Part shown: one piece after another, positions 1 through 13,916 of the stretch | Position numbering within the stretch: the stretch's first letter is position 1 | Layout: each line of letters starts with the position of its first letter | Source of the DNA: Octopus bimaculoides | Taxonomy: Eukaryota | Assembly (NCBI RefSeq): GCF_001194135.2 | Contig: NC_068990.1 | Coordinates: forward strand, 11,350,029 to 11,414,028 | Length of the DNA stretch: 64,000 nucleotides | Direction of reading: 5' to 3' | Translations under genes and position numbers: made by a program | The notes under the pieces: model-generated | Databases searched by the model: none | What the model was told of the DNA's origin: nothing | What the model saw: only the letters and a program-made list of their open reading frames with translations

Positions 1-814
1 GTGTGTTTATGCGTTCATATATATGTCTCTATGTATAAGCAATAGAAAGCTATCATACAATAAGAAGTTACATAATTTCAAGAAGCACAGAAGTAAAACT
101 ATTTGTATGAACTAAAAATATCATGAGATTATATCAAAGATATCTAGTTTTGCATACATTTATATACATACATACATATATACTCACATACATACACACA
201 CAGTGTATGTACCTGTAATCATCATCATTGTAAGTTTGTTTTCCATGTTGGCACTGGCTGGATGAGTTGTTATAGTTCAAGTCACCACATATACGGGAAT
301 AATGCTCAGCTTGATATGTTATCACACTTTTGAGTTCCACTTTTTTGGCTTGGTTTTTAAGATTGGATGTCTTCATTAACATTAACTACTTTACAGTGTA
401 CTACATGATTTTTTAGCACCAACACCAGAGAGGTATTTTTTCCTTCAGAATGATTAAAGAGTCTTCTCAAGCCTACACTTTACTAACTCATATATACCCC
501 TGGTTGCCTTTTCACAATGCAAAACCTGCTCCTACTTATTTGGATATGAACTCGCCGGGAAGCATCTGACGGCGCATACAAAATGTTCCGTAGGTAGTTG
601 ACACCCATAGCTGACAGTTGCATATTGTCTTTCTCTGGCAGATTGCGAAAGCTTACCATAATGTTTAATCTAAATACAGCAAATTTTTTTATGGATATAT
701 ATGTGTTAAATGAGCTGAGTACATTTAATTTTTATGGCAGCAGAATTATAGGAATAGACATGGTGAAGATATGTCCTCACCATGACAAGGGAATGTTTTT
801 ACTTCAACATAGCC

Positions 815-1345
815 TGTGGTCCATGCCAGTGGGTGTAACCAGTCCACTTATGAGTACCCCTCAATCATTGGACAATAAACTTTGCTTGCAAAGACCCATT
901 GAGGCAAGTGAAATCATAATCAAAATCAAAAACGTTGCTAGGGCCACGGATTGGCTCCTGTGCCAGTGGCATGTAAAAAGCACCATTTGAGTGTGATCTT
1001 TGCCAACATCGCCTTACAGGCACATGTGCCTGTGGCATGTGAAAAACAAAATTTGAGCATAGTCGTTACCAGTGCCGCTGGACTGGCTCTTGTGCAGATA
1101 GCATGTAAAAAACATCTTTTGAGCGTGGCCATTGCCAGAACTGCCTGACTGACCCTCGTGCCGGTGGCACATAAAAGCACCCACTACATCCTTGGTGTGG
1201 TTAGCGTTAGGAAAGGCATCCAGCTGTAGAAACTTTGCCAGATCAGATTGAGCCTGGGGCAGCCTTCTGGTTCACCAATCCTCAGTCAAACCGTCCAGCC
1301 CATGCCAGCATGGAAAGCGGACGTTAAACGACGATGATGATGATG
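815..1345 (+). mobile_element. RTE LINE 3' UTR copy (5'-truncated) with ~66-bp internal subrepeats and (GAT)n tail
   Basis: Contains GGAAAGGCATCCAGCTGTAGAAAC...CCATGCCAGCATGGAAAGCGGACGTTAAACGACGATGATG, which recurs at 3940-4105, 5440-5620, 8515-8830, 45160-45500, 57862-58080 and 63770-63950. About 3.5 tandem units of TGTGCC.GTGGCATGTAAAAAGCAC at 951-1187. RTE assignment is from recalled family features. Confidence 0.75.
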
Positions 1346-1820
1346 TTGATAATGATCTCTTCTTACTCACCAATATTACGTTTTTAGATACTGAAAGACA
1401 TGAGATAGAGGTATGAAAGACTGGGCATGAATAATAGTGGTAAGTCATAAGAGCGATGGGTGATAGGGAAGTGACTGACAGGGTCTTCTGAGACAAGTGT
1501 ACACATTGAGGCTAATAAAACTATGGCAGAAAGTAGCATGACCTAGGAGGTAAAATAAGGTCAAGAGCTAGGATGTGTGTGTGTGTGTGGAAAGGAGCAT
1601 GAGTGCAACGGCAAAGTTAATGAGCTGATAATTAGTTATGCAGGAGGGGAGGTTGAAGGTAAATTGAATTTGGCACAATCTGTTTATTATGGTTTCTCGT
1701 AAATAGACCCTTAGATGAACATGATCGGTGAATTGATGTGAATTACAGTAATGTGATAGAATAGATAGATTAGTACCAGTTGACAGTACAAATGAACGAA
1801 GATTGAGCAATAAAGATAAG

Positions 1821-1964
1821 AGTGACAAGAAAGTGAGTGAGAGGGATATGAGAGAGTAACAAGAAAGTGAGTGAGAGGGAGATGAGAGAGTAACAAGAAA
1901 GTGAGTGAGAGGGAGATGAGAGAGTAACTAGAAAGTGAGTGAGAGGGATATGAGAGAGTACCAA
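1821..1964. repeat. 34-bp minisatellite, 4 copies plus a partial copy
   Basis: Unit AGTAACAAGAAAGTGAGTGAGAGGGAGATGAGAG starts at 1821, 1855, 1889 and 1923. Confidence 0.95.
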
Positions 1965-2299
1965 GGTACTATCAATACCTTCCCTGCTGACTATTCGTTC
2001 AGTCAAAGAATAGCAGTGATTATCTAAACCTGAGGTCAGAGTTGTTCACAAAATGTATACATCTAGATAAGTTTTTATTGTCAAATTGAAGGACACTCTC
2101 ATCCTCACTAGCTTAGACACACATTAGCCTTTCTCCCACTCAGATTCCCTTGTGAGCCATGGTTTTGTAATATTTACAAAACCATGCCTTATACATGGAA
2201 GATCTACAAGCTCATTATTAACACATATATTTCCAAAGAAAAAATATATTATACCATACTTTACCATATACAGTCATCATTAATAATATACTTTTTCTC

Positions 2300-2760
2300 T
2301 TTTTCTGAAAAACTCAAACCTCATATCCTGATGTTACTTTCCAAGTTTCACTGGCATACAGTGCTGTTGGTAACACGATGGTCCTGTATAGACACAGTTT
2401 TATTTTCAAATCAATGCTTTTACTTGCCCAGATTTTCCCCATCTTTCTAAAAACTGCTGCAGCTTTGCCAAATCGCACTCTGACATCACTATCTGCTCCT
2501 CCATCACTCGCTAGTACGCTGCCCAGGTATGAAAAGCTGGTAACATCTTCAACTGGCTAATTTCCAACTGTTATTTTTACATTGCTTTGTTTGTCCTCTA
2601 CATATACTTGCATAAACTTGGTCTTTTCATGACTGATTCTGAGACCAATTTTACCAACTGTTTCTGAAAGGTTTGTTGTCACTTGCTGCAGTATCTTCTC
2701 TGGATTCTTCCAGAAATGCAATGTCATCAGCAAAGTCAAGGTCAACCAACTGAGTAACCT
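2300..2760 (-). mobile_element. RTE-clade LINE reverse transcriptase/thumb fragment (one frameshift, stops)
   Basis: Minus-strand translation: LVDLDFADDIAFLEES / LQQVTTNLSETVGKIGLRISHEKTKFM...FSYLGSVLASDGGADSDVRVRFGKAAAVFRKMGKIWASKSIDLKIKLCLYRTIVLPTALYASETW. Has the FADD catalytic motif and the YLG and LY.SETW motifs. Confidence 0.9.
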
Positions 2761-2909
2761 TGTGTAATTTGTAAACGAATTTAAAGAACCTCTCCAGTCC
2801 AGCTAAGCCCCATCTACAAACACCAGAGACAATATCTCTGTGAATTTCTTCATGGCACTTTAATCTGGTTTCTATGCTGTCACAATATCAGTCTTTACTT
2901 CTAAATGTA

Positions 2910-3236
2910 GAACTGGCATTCTGTCACTTGCAACAGTGAGGGTTCCAGTTGATCTGATCAATGGAACAGCCTGCTTGTAAAATTATCATCCAAGCGGCTG
3001 AGTACTCCAAAGACATGCATATTCTTCACATAGTTCTCTGGAGGATTCAGTATGACACAATGTAACACGCCTGGCCCATTGAAATACAGGTATGACTCAT
3101 TTTTAACAGCTGAGTGGACTGGAGCAACATGAAATAAAGTGTCTTGCCCAATGATACAATGTGCTGCTGGGAAGTGAACTCACAACTTTACAATCATGTG
3201 TCCAATACCCTAACCACTAAGCCGTGTGCCCTCACA
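2910..3236 (-). mobile_element. tRNA-derived CORE-type SINE (decayed)
   Basis: Minus strand shows an A/B-box head, a CORE-like TTGGGCAAGACACTTTATTTCATGTTGCTCCAGTCCACTCAGCTGTT segment, and a tail shared with 41986-42367 and 54340-54665. Confidence 0.75.
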
Positions 3237-3898
3237 CTTTTAAGTATATTATCTAAGTAACCGAAGCTATCAACTGCTTCTAAGGAGCACCCTTAGCATT
3301 ATTACAATCATTCTATTGTTTTCTTAAGAATAAATGTTTAACTACACTGCCTCAGCCTATCTGGTTGACAATAGACACCACTCCTACACAGCCTTTAAGT
3401 ATGTGTGTAATTATCAAATTTAATATCAATATAATGAAAATTTATGTCTGTTTCTTCAATATTTTAAAAATCATTTCATGTATAAGAAGAAACTACTTCA
3501 GGACTCTGAAACATCAACTTCTGAGATTTCTTGAATTTGGGCCAAAAATTTTCCAATTTATTTTGTATTTTTTTTTCTTTTTAAGCTTATGATTTATTAT
3601 ATTTTAAAATAAAATATTTACCTGACAAGTTTAATTTATTTCAGGTACAGAGATACTTAAAGTATTGTACTATGTAATCAAAATATGTCATAATTAATTT
3701 CTGGTGTTGATAAGAGATAGAAGCCTTATGGAATAGGTATTTCTGTCTTGCACAGACATGACCGTGTGGTTAAAAAGTTCACTTCAAATTTCACTCTCCA
3801 AATCCCTGGTTTTCAGTTCAGTTCTATTGTGCAGCACAACATTGTGCAGTTGTCCAAGACCTTGCTGGTGGAATTAAAAGATGGAAATGGAAAGAAGA

Positions 3899-3939
<41 letters not shown>

Positions 3940-3941
<2 letters not shown>

Positions 3942-4105
3942 GAGTGGTTGGCGTTAGGAAGGGCATCCAGCTGTAGAAACTCTGCCAAATTAGATTGGAG
4001 CCTGGTGTAGCCATCCGGTTGCACCAGTCCTCAGTTAAATCGTCCAACCCATGCTAGCATGGAAAGCGGACGTTAAACGATGATGATGATGATGGTGATG
4101 ATGAA
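3940..4105 (+). mobile_element. RTE 3' UTR terminal fragment with (GAT)n tail, next to (TA)n
   Basis: GAGTGGTTGGCGTTAGGAAGGGCATCCAGCTGTAGAAACTCTGCC...CGTTAAACGATGATGATG, following the (TA)n at 3904-3939. Confidence 0.8.
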
Positions 4106-4881
4106 GATGCGCTCAACTAAAATCTACTGAGTAATCCATCAATTTAATATTAAATTGCTTTTAAACGTAACTCGACATTAAAAATAAACACTAATACACA
4201 AACACACACATATACACATGTATGAACACATAGGTGTAAGAGAAACCAGAGGAAACGGTACTCTAAGACCAAAGGCAGAGTAAAAGGTAATGCTTTACTG
4301 AAGCTGAAAAACTTCACAAACTGTTACTCCAGTTTCATAAAATCAATCATCGGAAATAAGTGAACTTTGGAACAATACAATGGTTAATAAATGGTGCAGT
4401 GATAATTATTTGGTAAAACATCAAATAAATATTTAAAGCTGATTGCACAAGGAGTTATGACATTTCAAAATTAGTGGAATCTGTAGAATAATACAAATGA
4501 CCGTTGATGTAAAATAATATAAACATGGAAAAGGAGTAAAGTAAGTTGAATAAAATCAAATAAAATGAATTACATTGTATTGGTACAAAGGCGATTGTTA
4601 TAATATTCACAGTAAAGGAAAAATTTCAAACAAATTCATTTTCAGTAATTAAGAATTTAAGAAAAATAAACAGAACAAGCTATAATAATTTTTGGAGATT
4701 GAACTAAGGGTAAAAGAGTATTAAATAAATAAATATGTTTGTTGTAGTGAAAAGGAAGTAAATGAGAGTTTGTGTAAAGCAAAGGAAAGAAAAAAGATAA
4801 AGTAATGTGAGAAGAAAGAATGAAAGAGAAGCGAAGGCTATGATACACGCCATTAGCTACTTTGATTGTTTCTATGCAATA

Positions 4882-5303
4882 TCTTTTTATCTTTTATCTT
4901 TTAGTTGTTTCAGTGAATAGATTGTGGCCATGCTGGGACATTGCCTTGAGGAATTATTTAGTCAAATGAATCAACCCCAGAATTTCTTTTTTTTTTTTAA
5001 AGACTGGTATTTATTATATTGGTCCTTTTGCCGAACTGCTAAGTTAAAAGGGCATAAATACATTTGTGCCAATTGTCAAGCAGTGGTAGGAGTTAAATAC
5101 AGACACAAGAACAACAGCAACACACATATACACACACACATATACACACACACATATGATGGCTTTTTCAGTTTCCATCTACCAAATCCACTTACAAGTC
5201 TTTGGTCAGCCTGAGGCTATATTAGAAGACACTTACCTAGGATGCCACACAGTGAGAGTGAACCCGGAACCATGTGGTTGGGAAGCAAGCTTCTTACCAC
5301 ACA
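4882..5303 (-). mobile_element. Bipartite SINE (tRNA/CORE head, microsatellite, conserved tail)
   Basis: Matches the head (GGTAAGAAGCTTGC...CTTCTAATATAGCCTCAGGCTGACC...GGAAACTGAAAAAGCC) and tail modules seen in many other copies in the window. Confidence 0.8.
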
Positions 5304-5744
5304 CCACCACCACCACCATCATCAACAAGTCTTTTCACAACATGTAGGTTAACCAAAGAGGCAAATTTTTGAAGTTCTGAATATCCTTTATATATCTTTA
5401 TATATCCGAACATGGTCGATGCCCCCACCCACCGCCTCAACTGGCCCCTGTGCTGGTGGCATGTAAAAAGCACCATCCAAATGTGGCTGATGCCAGTGCC
5501 GCTTGACTGGATCCTGTGCCGGTGGAATGTAAAAAGCACCCATTATACTCTCAGAGTGGTTGATGTTAGGAAGGGCATCCAGCTGTAGAAAGCTTGCCAG
5601 ATCAGAATGGATCCTAGTGCAACCACCTACATTAGTTTTGACATTTATATTGAATTTTGGATTGAGCAATGAGGCCTTTCTGATCTTAGTTCAGGGAGAT
5701 CTCCTGGGATCAATTCAATTTCTCACTTGACATATATATATTGG

Positions 5745-5935
5745 TTTCAAATTTTGGTATGAGGTCAGCAGATTTGGGGGAGGATGTAAGTTGACTATAG
5801 TGGTACTTATTTTATAAACACTGATAGAATGAAATACAAAGTTGGCTTCAGTAGGATTTGAACTCAGAATGTAAAGATGGAAGAAATGCTGCTGAGCCTT
5901 TTGCCCAGTATGTTAACAATTCTGCCACCTCACCA
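5745..5935 (-). mobile_element. tRNA-derived SINE, GGCGGCGAGCTGGCAGAAT-type family
   Basis: Minus strand has TTCTGAGTTCAAATCC (B box) and AATAAGTACCA. Related copies at 14610-14800, 18275-18480, 25150-25390, 29858-30058, 32155-32355 and 50590-50795. Confidence 0.65.
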
Positions 5936-6856
5936 CCTTATAACACATGTATATTAAATATGCAATACTGTGTGGTTAAGAAGTTCGTTTTGCAATGACA
6001 TGGCTTGGTTTTTATGCCAATGTGTGACAGATGAGCCAGTGGTTTTTTTTTTTTTTTTACTATAGCCCTTATCTGGGTAATGCTAGGTTTGTGAAATTTA
6101 GTCATCAGACGCTGTGCAGAAGTCTGTTATATATGTGGATGCTTAACATGGTGTGCCTTGTCATTTGTGTGCCTTGTCATGTGTATGTCTTCATATGAAC
6201 ACTCATTCAATGTCAGTGATGTATTTATGTCTCTCATAAACTTAAGAGCTGGCAGCAATGTGATATGGAAGGATGTAGAATAAAAGTACTTTACCTGTAA
6301 AGGAAATAATGGTTGGTATCAAGAAAGTCATCCAGCCTTAGGACACTGCATCAAGAAGCCTTGTCCATCTCATACTAGATTGGAAAACAAAAGCATAAAA
6401 ACAGATTATGGGGATGAGGATGACATATACAATAATATTTTATTTAAAAAGAAAATATATATATGTATATACATATATATATATATATTTATATATATAT
6501 ATATATATATNNNNNNNNNNNNNNNNNNNNNNNNNNNNNNNNNNNNNNNNNNNNNNNNNNNNNNNNNNNNNNNNNNNNNNNNNNNNNNNNNNNNNNNNNN
6601 NNNNNNNNNNNNNNNNNNNNNNNNNNNNNNNNNNNNNNNNNNNNNNNNNNNNNNNNNNNNNNNNNNNNNNNNNNNNNNNNNNNNNNNNNNNNNNNNNNNN
6701 NNNNNNNNNNNNNNNNNNNNNNNNNNNNNNNNNNNNNNNNNNNNNNNNNNNNNNNNNNNNNNNNNNNNNNNNNNNNNNNNNNNNNNNNNNNNNNNNNNNN
6801 NNNNNNNNNNNNNNNNNNNNNNNNNNNNNNNNNNNNNNNNNNNNNNNNNNNNNNNN

Positions 6857-6891
<35 letters not shown>

Positions 6892-8041
6892 GTGTATATG
6901 TATATGTGTGCATATATGAGTGTTCGTATGTATACATTTATATGAAGACGCATGCATATACATACATACATAAATGTATGTATGTATGCATACAAACGAA
7001 TATGTATACACAAGCACACACAAACACACTCATAGAAACATACGCAGACAGGCACACACTCATGCACATATACATTCTATAGTGAATGTATTGAAATTAT
7101 CTGTTTATATTGCCACCTGAATAGATTTTCACATACAGTTATCTTTCTATAGGAGTTATGAGCGATTTTCAAGTCTATATTGGATTGTGTAACTATAAAT
7201 GCAATAAGCCTTCCTCCATTTTATAAAGCACATATATTTAATCTTGCTTACTTATCTTCCAGATTTATTCAATAAAGAAAGCGTTCTCAAGAAATTGCTT
7301 CCTCCAAGTGCCAGATAACCAATTTGGTTTGCTTTGCTTCGGTTTGGTTTGCTTCAGTTCGGTTTGGTTTGAGTTGGTTTGGTCTGATTTGGAATTCATT
7401 CAATTAAGATCTTTCTTGGCAGCTGTTGTTTTAATAAGACTAATCAGCCTTACCATAAAAGAATATTCCAGAAAGATGTTCGTTTCATTAACAAGAATCG
7501 ATTTGTTGATTTGTTGAAAGAAATCAGGGAAACATATTCTATAATTTCACACTAAATAAAGAATTTGTATTTGAAATGAATTGAAAACACATTTCGAAGT
7601 ATATCAATGCAATAGAATTTCTCCAAAGAGTTCACACTCAAAAGATTTTGTATAGATATGAATATATTTGCTTTCACAAGAATAACTTCAGGGCCATACT
7701 TCAGAATAGCACATAAAACATTCCTTTGCTAGAGAACCAATATCCAGTTGAATGGGTAAAGCTGACAATAACTCTCTTAGGTAATATCCTGTATTAGCAT
7801 CACATGTATTTATTTATTGAATATTCAATTATTTATGTATAGTTTTTCTTGTTTATATTTACTTTTCCATTTATCTACTTATTTATTTCATTTTCCTCCC
7901 TTCCTTATTTTGCCTCATTCAAATCAAATAGACACATTTTAAATGATTTATCTTTGAAAGATTGTCAAACATTTGAAATTGATAACTAAAAATAAGAACC
8001 ACAAACCTATCCTTTTCACTGGTAATTTTTATTTTTACGCC

Positions 8042-8075
<34 letters not shown>

Positions 8076-8514
8076 ATTATTATTATTCTGTTTTTAATCA
8101 TTATTGCCATTTTATTGGGATAAATTAATAGCTGTTGCATTCCCTTGTTTTTGAATGCCATATTATTTCATTGTTTTACATCATACGAAACAGAAAGTTA
8201 TCTCTCTTTCATTTAAATATATCACTATGTTGAAGACGCCACATATCTTTCTGAAACCATTTTTGGTGGAAAGAGAAGAAGGTAGTTGAGTACTATCAAA
8301 TAGTTGTAAGTATGTTCTTTCCCAGTGATATCTACAGCAATATCTGAACCAAAATATAATGAGTAAGACACCACACTGTTACATCAAACACTCTGAGCCA
8401 AATATATTTGAAACTTGTCTTTCTCAACTTATTCCTGTACGAAAGGATTGATTATAATTAATCAATGAAAATTAATTTATATAAATAATATGAATAAAGT
8501 TGGCAGAAATCATA

Positions 8515-8830
8515 ATCATCATCATGATCATCATCATCAACATCATGATCATCATTGTTTAACGTCTGCTTTCTATGCTGGCATGGGTTGGATGGTTTGA
8601 CTGAGGACTGGCGAGCCAGATGGCTGCACAAGGCTCCAATCTGATCTGGCAGAGTTTCTACAGCTGGATGCCCTTCCTAATGCCAACCACTCCGAGAGTG
8701 TAGTGGGTGCTTTTAGGTGCCACTGGCAGGAGGGCCAGTCAGGAGTAACTGGAAACAGCCACGCTCAAATAGTGTTTTTACATGCCACCTGCATGAGAGC
8801 TAGTCCAGCGGCACTGGCAATGTCCTTGAT
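8515..8830 (-). mobile_element. RTE 3' UTR copy
   Basis: (CAT)n followed by GTTTAACGTCTGCTTTCTATGCTGGCATGGGTTGG...TTTCTACAGCTGGATGCCCTTCCTAATGCCAACC. Confidence 0.8.
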
Positions 8831-9179
8831 TGAATGTTGTTATGAGTTATGTTGTATGAGTTATAGTAGATGACACTTGCACAAGGTGTCACAGTGTGGG
8901 ATCGAACCTGGAACCAAACATCTTACCCCACAGCCACGCCTGAACCATACCCAATATGTACTCGTTAAATCTATATTGGTTGCCTCCCTTACATCATCAA
9001 TATTCTCTCTTCGCTCTATATTCATCTCTCTATCACTCACCCTTTTTCATACTCTCCATATTTTGCTGCCTGTGTAACTGAGGATGGCTGTGAATCCTTG
9101 TACTATTCCACATGTAGCAGAATAGTGTAAGAACATTTATGCATACACATACACACACAAGCACTTATTTATGCATATA

Positions 9180-9391
9180 CAGGGTGTCCAAAATGTCTGG
9201 GTACCTGGAGTAAATAAAATCATAACATAAACAATTAAATATAAGAAATAATGATTTCTTAAAGTATGTGTTAATCCCCATGTGGGTACATGGAGTAAAT
9301 AAAATCATAACATAAACAATCAAATATAAAAAACAATGATTTCTTAAAGTATATGTTAATCCCAATGTACCCAGACTTTGTGGACACCCTG
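9180..9391. mobile_element. Tc1/mariner-type MITE with TA target duplication and an internal 85-bp tandem duplication
   Basis: TA|CAGGGTGTCCAAAATGTCTGGGTAC ... GTACCCAGACTTTGTGGACACCCTG|TA. Internal units at 9199-9283 and 9284-9368. Confidence 0.9.
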
Positions 9392-9828
9392 TATATAATG
9401 AAAAACTGAAATTGAAACCCAAGTTTCATATTTCCACATTGGCAAGACTAAAATTTTTATCCAGATTATATGTGAGAGATATATAAATTAGATTAAACCA
9501 AATCTCATGCATACTAAAATTTAAAGATCTAAAATCTTATAATTTAGAATTTAGCATTTAAATGCTGAATTTAAAATTATAACCTTTTAAATCACAAAAT
9601 TTCAGTATTTATGAACTTTGTTTTTCTTTTTCCTAAAATTGATACCTTTTGTGACCCTTCGGCACCCATTATAAGATTGTAAGGTATAATAAAGTTATAG
9701 TCATGCAAAAAATCACTCATGCAAAATTTGGAGTAACAAAAGTATAAAATCTCAATTTGTAATTGTTGTATTGTTAACTCCAGGTTATAATTGAGTACTT
9801 TATCCTCACATTTGCTTATATAGACACG

Positions 9829-9867
<39 letters not shown>

Positions 9868-10478
9868 CACATGATGAGATAGTGTAAAATTGCAAAAATA
9901 TTTGTAATGCTAGCAAAGCATATAAATGTTTTCGAAAAAATTTATTCTTGTTTTTTAAATGTTTTTCCATACATAACTTGAAAGTAATTTTTCAGAAAAT
10001 TTCCATTTGAGTATTGGATCATCAAAACATATAATTTAAATTTTGGGTTTCGTTTTTAAACTCTGAAGTGTTTTAATGCTATAAGCTTCTCAAATATAAA
10101 AATATTTTTCTGAAATATTGAATCATGAAAAGCAAAAAAAATTATGTTAAATTAATGTTCAATTTGAGAAAAAAAAAGTCAATTGCATTTTATCAGAAAT
10201 TATTTACCAAAGTTGAGAAGCAAATATTTGAAATGATTATTTGTTGTAAAAAGTATTACATTATATTCTATTAAAAAATCTGTTTAAAAATTCAGGAAGC
10301 TGATATTTATTTAAAACATTTTAAACACACACAAACACACATACATCATTCACTTATGCAATCATGGATCTGTCCATTTTCAAACGCTACTACCATCCAT
10401 CACGTTCACAAACATTCCTATTCCTTGTCAGTCACTTCGATATATGCTACTCTCTTTCCCAGCACTTCCTTTCTCTCA

Positions 10479-10481
<3 letters not shown>

Positions 10482-10571
<90 letters not shown>
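10482..10571. repeat. (CT)n microsatellite
   Basis: Uninterrupted CT run. Confidence 0.98.
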
Positions 10572-10573
<2 letters not shown>

Positions 10574-11715
10574 ATGACTCTATCTTCCATCACTCTGCCT
10601 TTCCCTCTCCTGGATGAAAGGAAAAGTAAACCAGTCACAATATAGAGGTGTACTAGACTATCAATATAAAACTCTTTACTATACCAAATAGTGCCATGGA
10701 GACATCAATATTCATTCATTGCAACAAAGAATTTGTACAAAGGTAACCCATATACCCAGTGGTCTTCACTGCAACTGTGATACTCCTGTTATTTAAACTC
10801 TTGATAACCTAGATGCAATAAAAAAGACAGAACTAGACTACTTCCCTGTAAAACTCTTTATAAAACTAGTGTGGATGTCTGAACTACACAGTTGACTACT
10901 ATCCAATGGCCAAACTGCTGCTATAAACCTCCAGATATCTCAACCCTCTCCCAAATCTGGCTTCAAGCCAAACATGTTGATCTCTGAGAAGTAACAATAA
11001 AGACCATTGGAGAAGAAAGAGATACATTGCTCTGGCCCAATACGATACAGGTTCTCTTCAGTCCAATCACAAATCATCCCCTTAGTACAAGTTAAGAAAG
11101 GAATAGATGAATACGGACAATGCTGAGAAGAAAGAAAGTTCCTTTAATCTGTACTTTCACTTCTCTGCCACTGTGAGGGAATAGAGATAAAGAAGGATGC
11201 AACAGTCTTGCTGTGGACATGATTACATCTTTAGTGGTGGTGCCATGATAAAAGGAGCCCAGTTCATTCTGTAAAGGAGGTTTTAGCCAGGAAGGGTACT
11301 AAACTGTAGAAGCTAATCATGAAAGGATAGTCACTGAAAAAGTGATGATATCAGTTGTGCCCCAGCATGGCAATAACCTTTGGGATGAAATGAATTAAAA
11401 ACGAATTAAAAAATATGATTACAATATATTTCTTAACCCAACTAGAAAGTCAATAATTCAAAATGAGAACAGACTTAGAATGTGATGGCTTATCCACAAA
11501 TGCCAGCATGGAAAGATGGTTAGGAAAATGAAGATGATGATGCTGATGATCAAGACAAGAGAAACAATTACAGACATGAAAAGCAATCGTTGCCAAGTGG
11601 TTAAGAAATTTGCATCAGATTCATTTACTTTCAAGTTAGATTTTACTGCACAGTTTTATTTATATATGTATGTGTGTGTTTGTATGTGTGTGTGTGCATA
11701 TATATATGTATATGT

Positions 11716-11747
<32 letters not shown>

Positions 11748-11869
11748 NNNNNNNNNNNNNNNNNNNNNNNNNNNNNNNNNNNNNNNNNNNNNNNNNNNNN
11801 NNNNNNNNNNNNNNNNNNNNNNNNNNNNNNNNNNNNNNNNNNNNNNNNNNNNTATATATGCATGTATAT

Positions 11870-12258
11870 ATTCTTTTATTCTTTTATTTGTTTCAGTCAT
11901 TTGGCTGCGGCCATGCTGAAGCACCGCCTTTAGTCGAATCAAATCGACCCAGGACTTATTCTTTGTAAGCCTAGTATTTATTCTATCGGTCTCTTTTGCT
12001 GAACCGCTAATTTACGGAGACCTAAACACACCAGCATCGGTTGTCAAGTAATGTTGGGAGGACAAACACAGATACACAACACATACACGTGCATATATAT
12101 ACATATATACGAATAGGGCTTCTTTCAGTTTCCGTCTACCAAATCCACTCACAAGGCTTTGGTCGGGTCGAGGCTATAGTAGAAGACACTTGCCCATGGT
12201 GTCATGCAATGGGACTGAATCCGGAACCACGTGGTTCGTAAGCAAGCTACTTACTTAT
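11870..12258 (-). mobile_element. Bipartite SINE copy
   Basis: Both modules are present: TTCAGTCATTTGGCTGCGGCCATGCTG...TTTCAGTTTCCGTCTACCAAATCCACTCACAAGGC...GCAAGCTACTTAC. Confidence 0.85.
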
Positions 12259-13916
12259 ATATATATATAAATCTTTATACATACACATAAATATTGTAGA
12301 TCAGTTGGGATAAGATAATCCATGTGCTTACTTTTGGAAGCACATCTACAGACAGCAGCTATCTGAAAATTGCAGAAAGAGAATATCTATACAAGGAAGC
12401 TATATTTTTGAATAAACAGAAAATCCAGAAATTCCATTTCTATTATAGAGTATGAATTAAAATGTAAACTAAACATCAGAGTGTGCGATATTACTTTTAT
12501 TTTTATGGTTGACAATCGTTTCAGCAATTTCATGGTGACTGTTCCCAAATCATGTTTATAAACTAGATATCTAGTCGTACATGCTATGTAGTGTACATAC
12601 ACAGCTGTCCATGGAATTGTCTCATTAGAAACGTTTGTGAAAACAATACATGTAAGTAACTGGTTATCTCACTTAAATATGAGACATTTAGCACTGATCA
12701 GAATGGGTGGCTTGCTAAAATTTAGAATTTTATCAAGGAAAAGAGAAAGAAGAAGCAGAGGAAGAAGAGAAAGAGAAAAATAGAAATAAAATAGTGAAGA
12801 AAATAAGTCACTTGTCTCTGTTATTACCTTATATATAGAGTCAATTAAGTGCCCAACAAATCTCCCACAGTGTTAGTCTGTCAGACAGAAAATTGGTCAT
12901 GGCAGATTGGTACCACTCTGTGATAACAAGTTACTTTTGAGTCATCACTGTTATATTTCGCTTTTTGGACAATAGATCTAATGTCTACACATCAAAAGAC
13001 AAGTATTTTATTGACCTCAAAGACATACTTACATTTATACATATAGACAAATAATGCTAACACTTACACATACATACACACATATACACTTATAATGCTA
13101 AATACTTATGTATATATATACACACATGCACCAGTCTGTTTTACATTCCGCAAACCAGCGTGTATTTAAATAAGTGGATAAGTGTGTCTCCACCACACAT
13201 ATATATATATACATATACAAAAATATATATACACTCATTTATGCATTCATATATTTATATATACACACACATGCGTATGTATACAATTTTATATGTCTGT
13301 AAATTAGTGCTAACATTTGTACATACATACACACATTAAAACACATACCGCTGTAATACTATACATATATGTCCATACATACTCCAAGTGCAAAATAAAT
13401 TCATCTGTACAGATAAATGTATGCGTGTGCATACATACACCCTTATAAAAAGTCAAACTTATAGATATATCTATATACATATATTTTTTACCAAAGATTT
13501 TCTTGTATATACATAGTCACATTATATGCTATGGTCTACACATAAGCAAAAATAATAAAGAAGCAACACACATATGTAAAACTCACAAATACATACATAC
13601 ATATATATACAGATACACTGGTACATAAATCAATCTCCACAGGTATTCTCAAATACCTTTGCTCAAATGTATATATTCAGAATATGTGCATGATCTCAAA
13701 TAAAAGTAGAAGGTTAGTTAATCTGGGCATAAAAGGCCACATAATGTTCTACCTGTAGAAGCTATACGTTTGATGATATGGATCAGTAATATATCATGAA
13801 ATACTAAATGTTTACTTTACTTAGATCTGATGATCCTAATTATATTGGTGGAATGATATACTTAGAAAGTTTTCCTAAATCAATGGTTAAATACTTATAT
13901 ACATACATATGCACAT

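Noticed and set aside
515-600. CKTC...H...H zinc-finger-like peptide on the plus strand
   Set aside because: The spacing is one residue short of C2H2, there is no start or convincing acceptor, and a stop follows immediately.
951-1187. Regularly spaced ~66-bp repeats that could be read as a CRISPR-like array
   Set aside because: The whole unit is repeated with no unique spacers, it is part of the dispersed RTE 3' UTR, and the context is eukaryotic.
6380-7082. Long ORFs with YI/CV/X runs (also at 11516-11968, 20453-21405, 36294-37187, 44022-44939, 45730-46307, 51710-52307, 59770-60424, 61238-61672)
   Set aside because: They are translations of microsatellites and N gaps and are open only because of low complexity.
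7322-7392. GGTTT-rich repeat resembling a telomeric tract
   Set aside because: It is a degenerate (GGTTT)n pentamer, not TTAGGG. It is short and interstitial.
7137-7788. Three apparent minus-strand exons (7700-7788, 7454-7551, 7137-7192) with GT-AG sites
   Set aside because: The phases do not chain into an open frame through all three, the plus strand gives equally protein-like frames, and weak RT-like fragments suggest an ancient LINE remnant. No homology was recognised.
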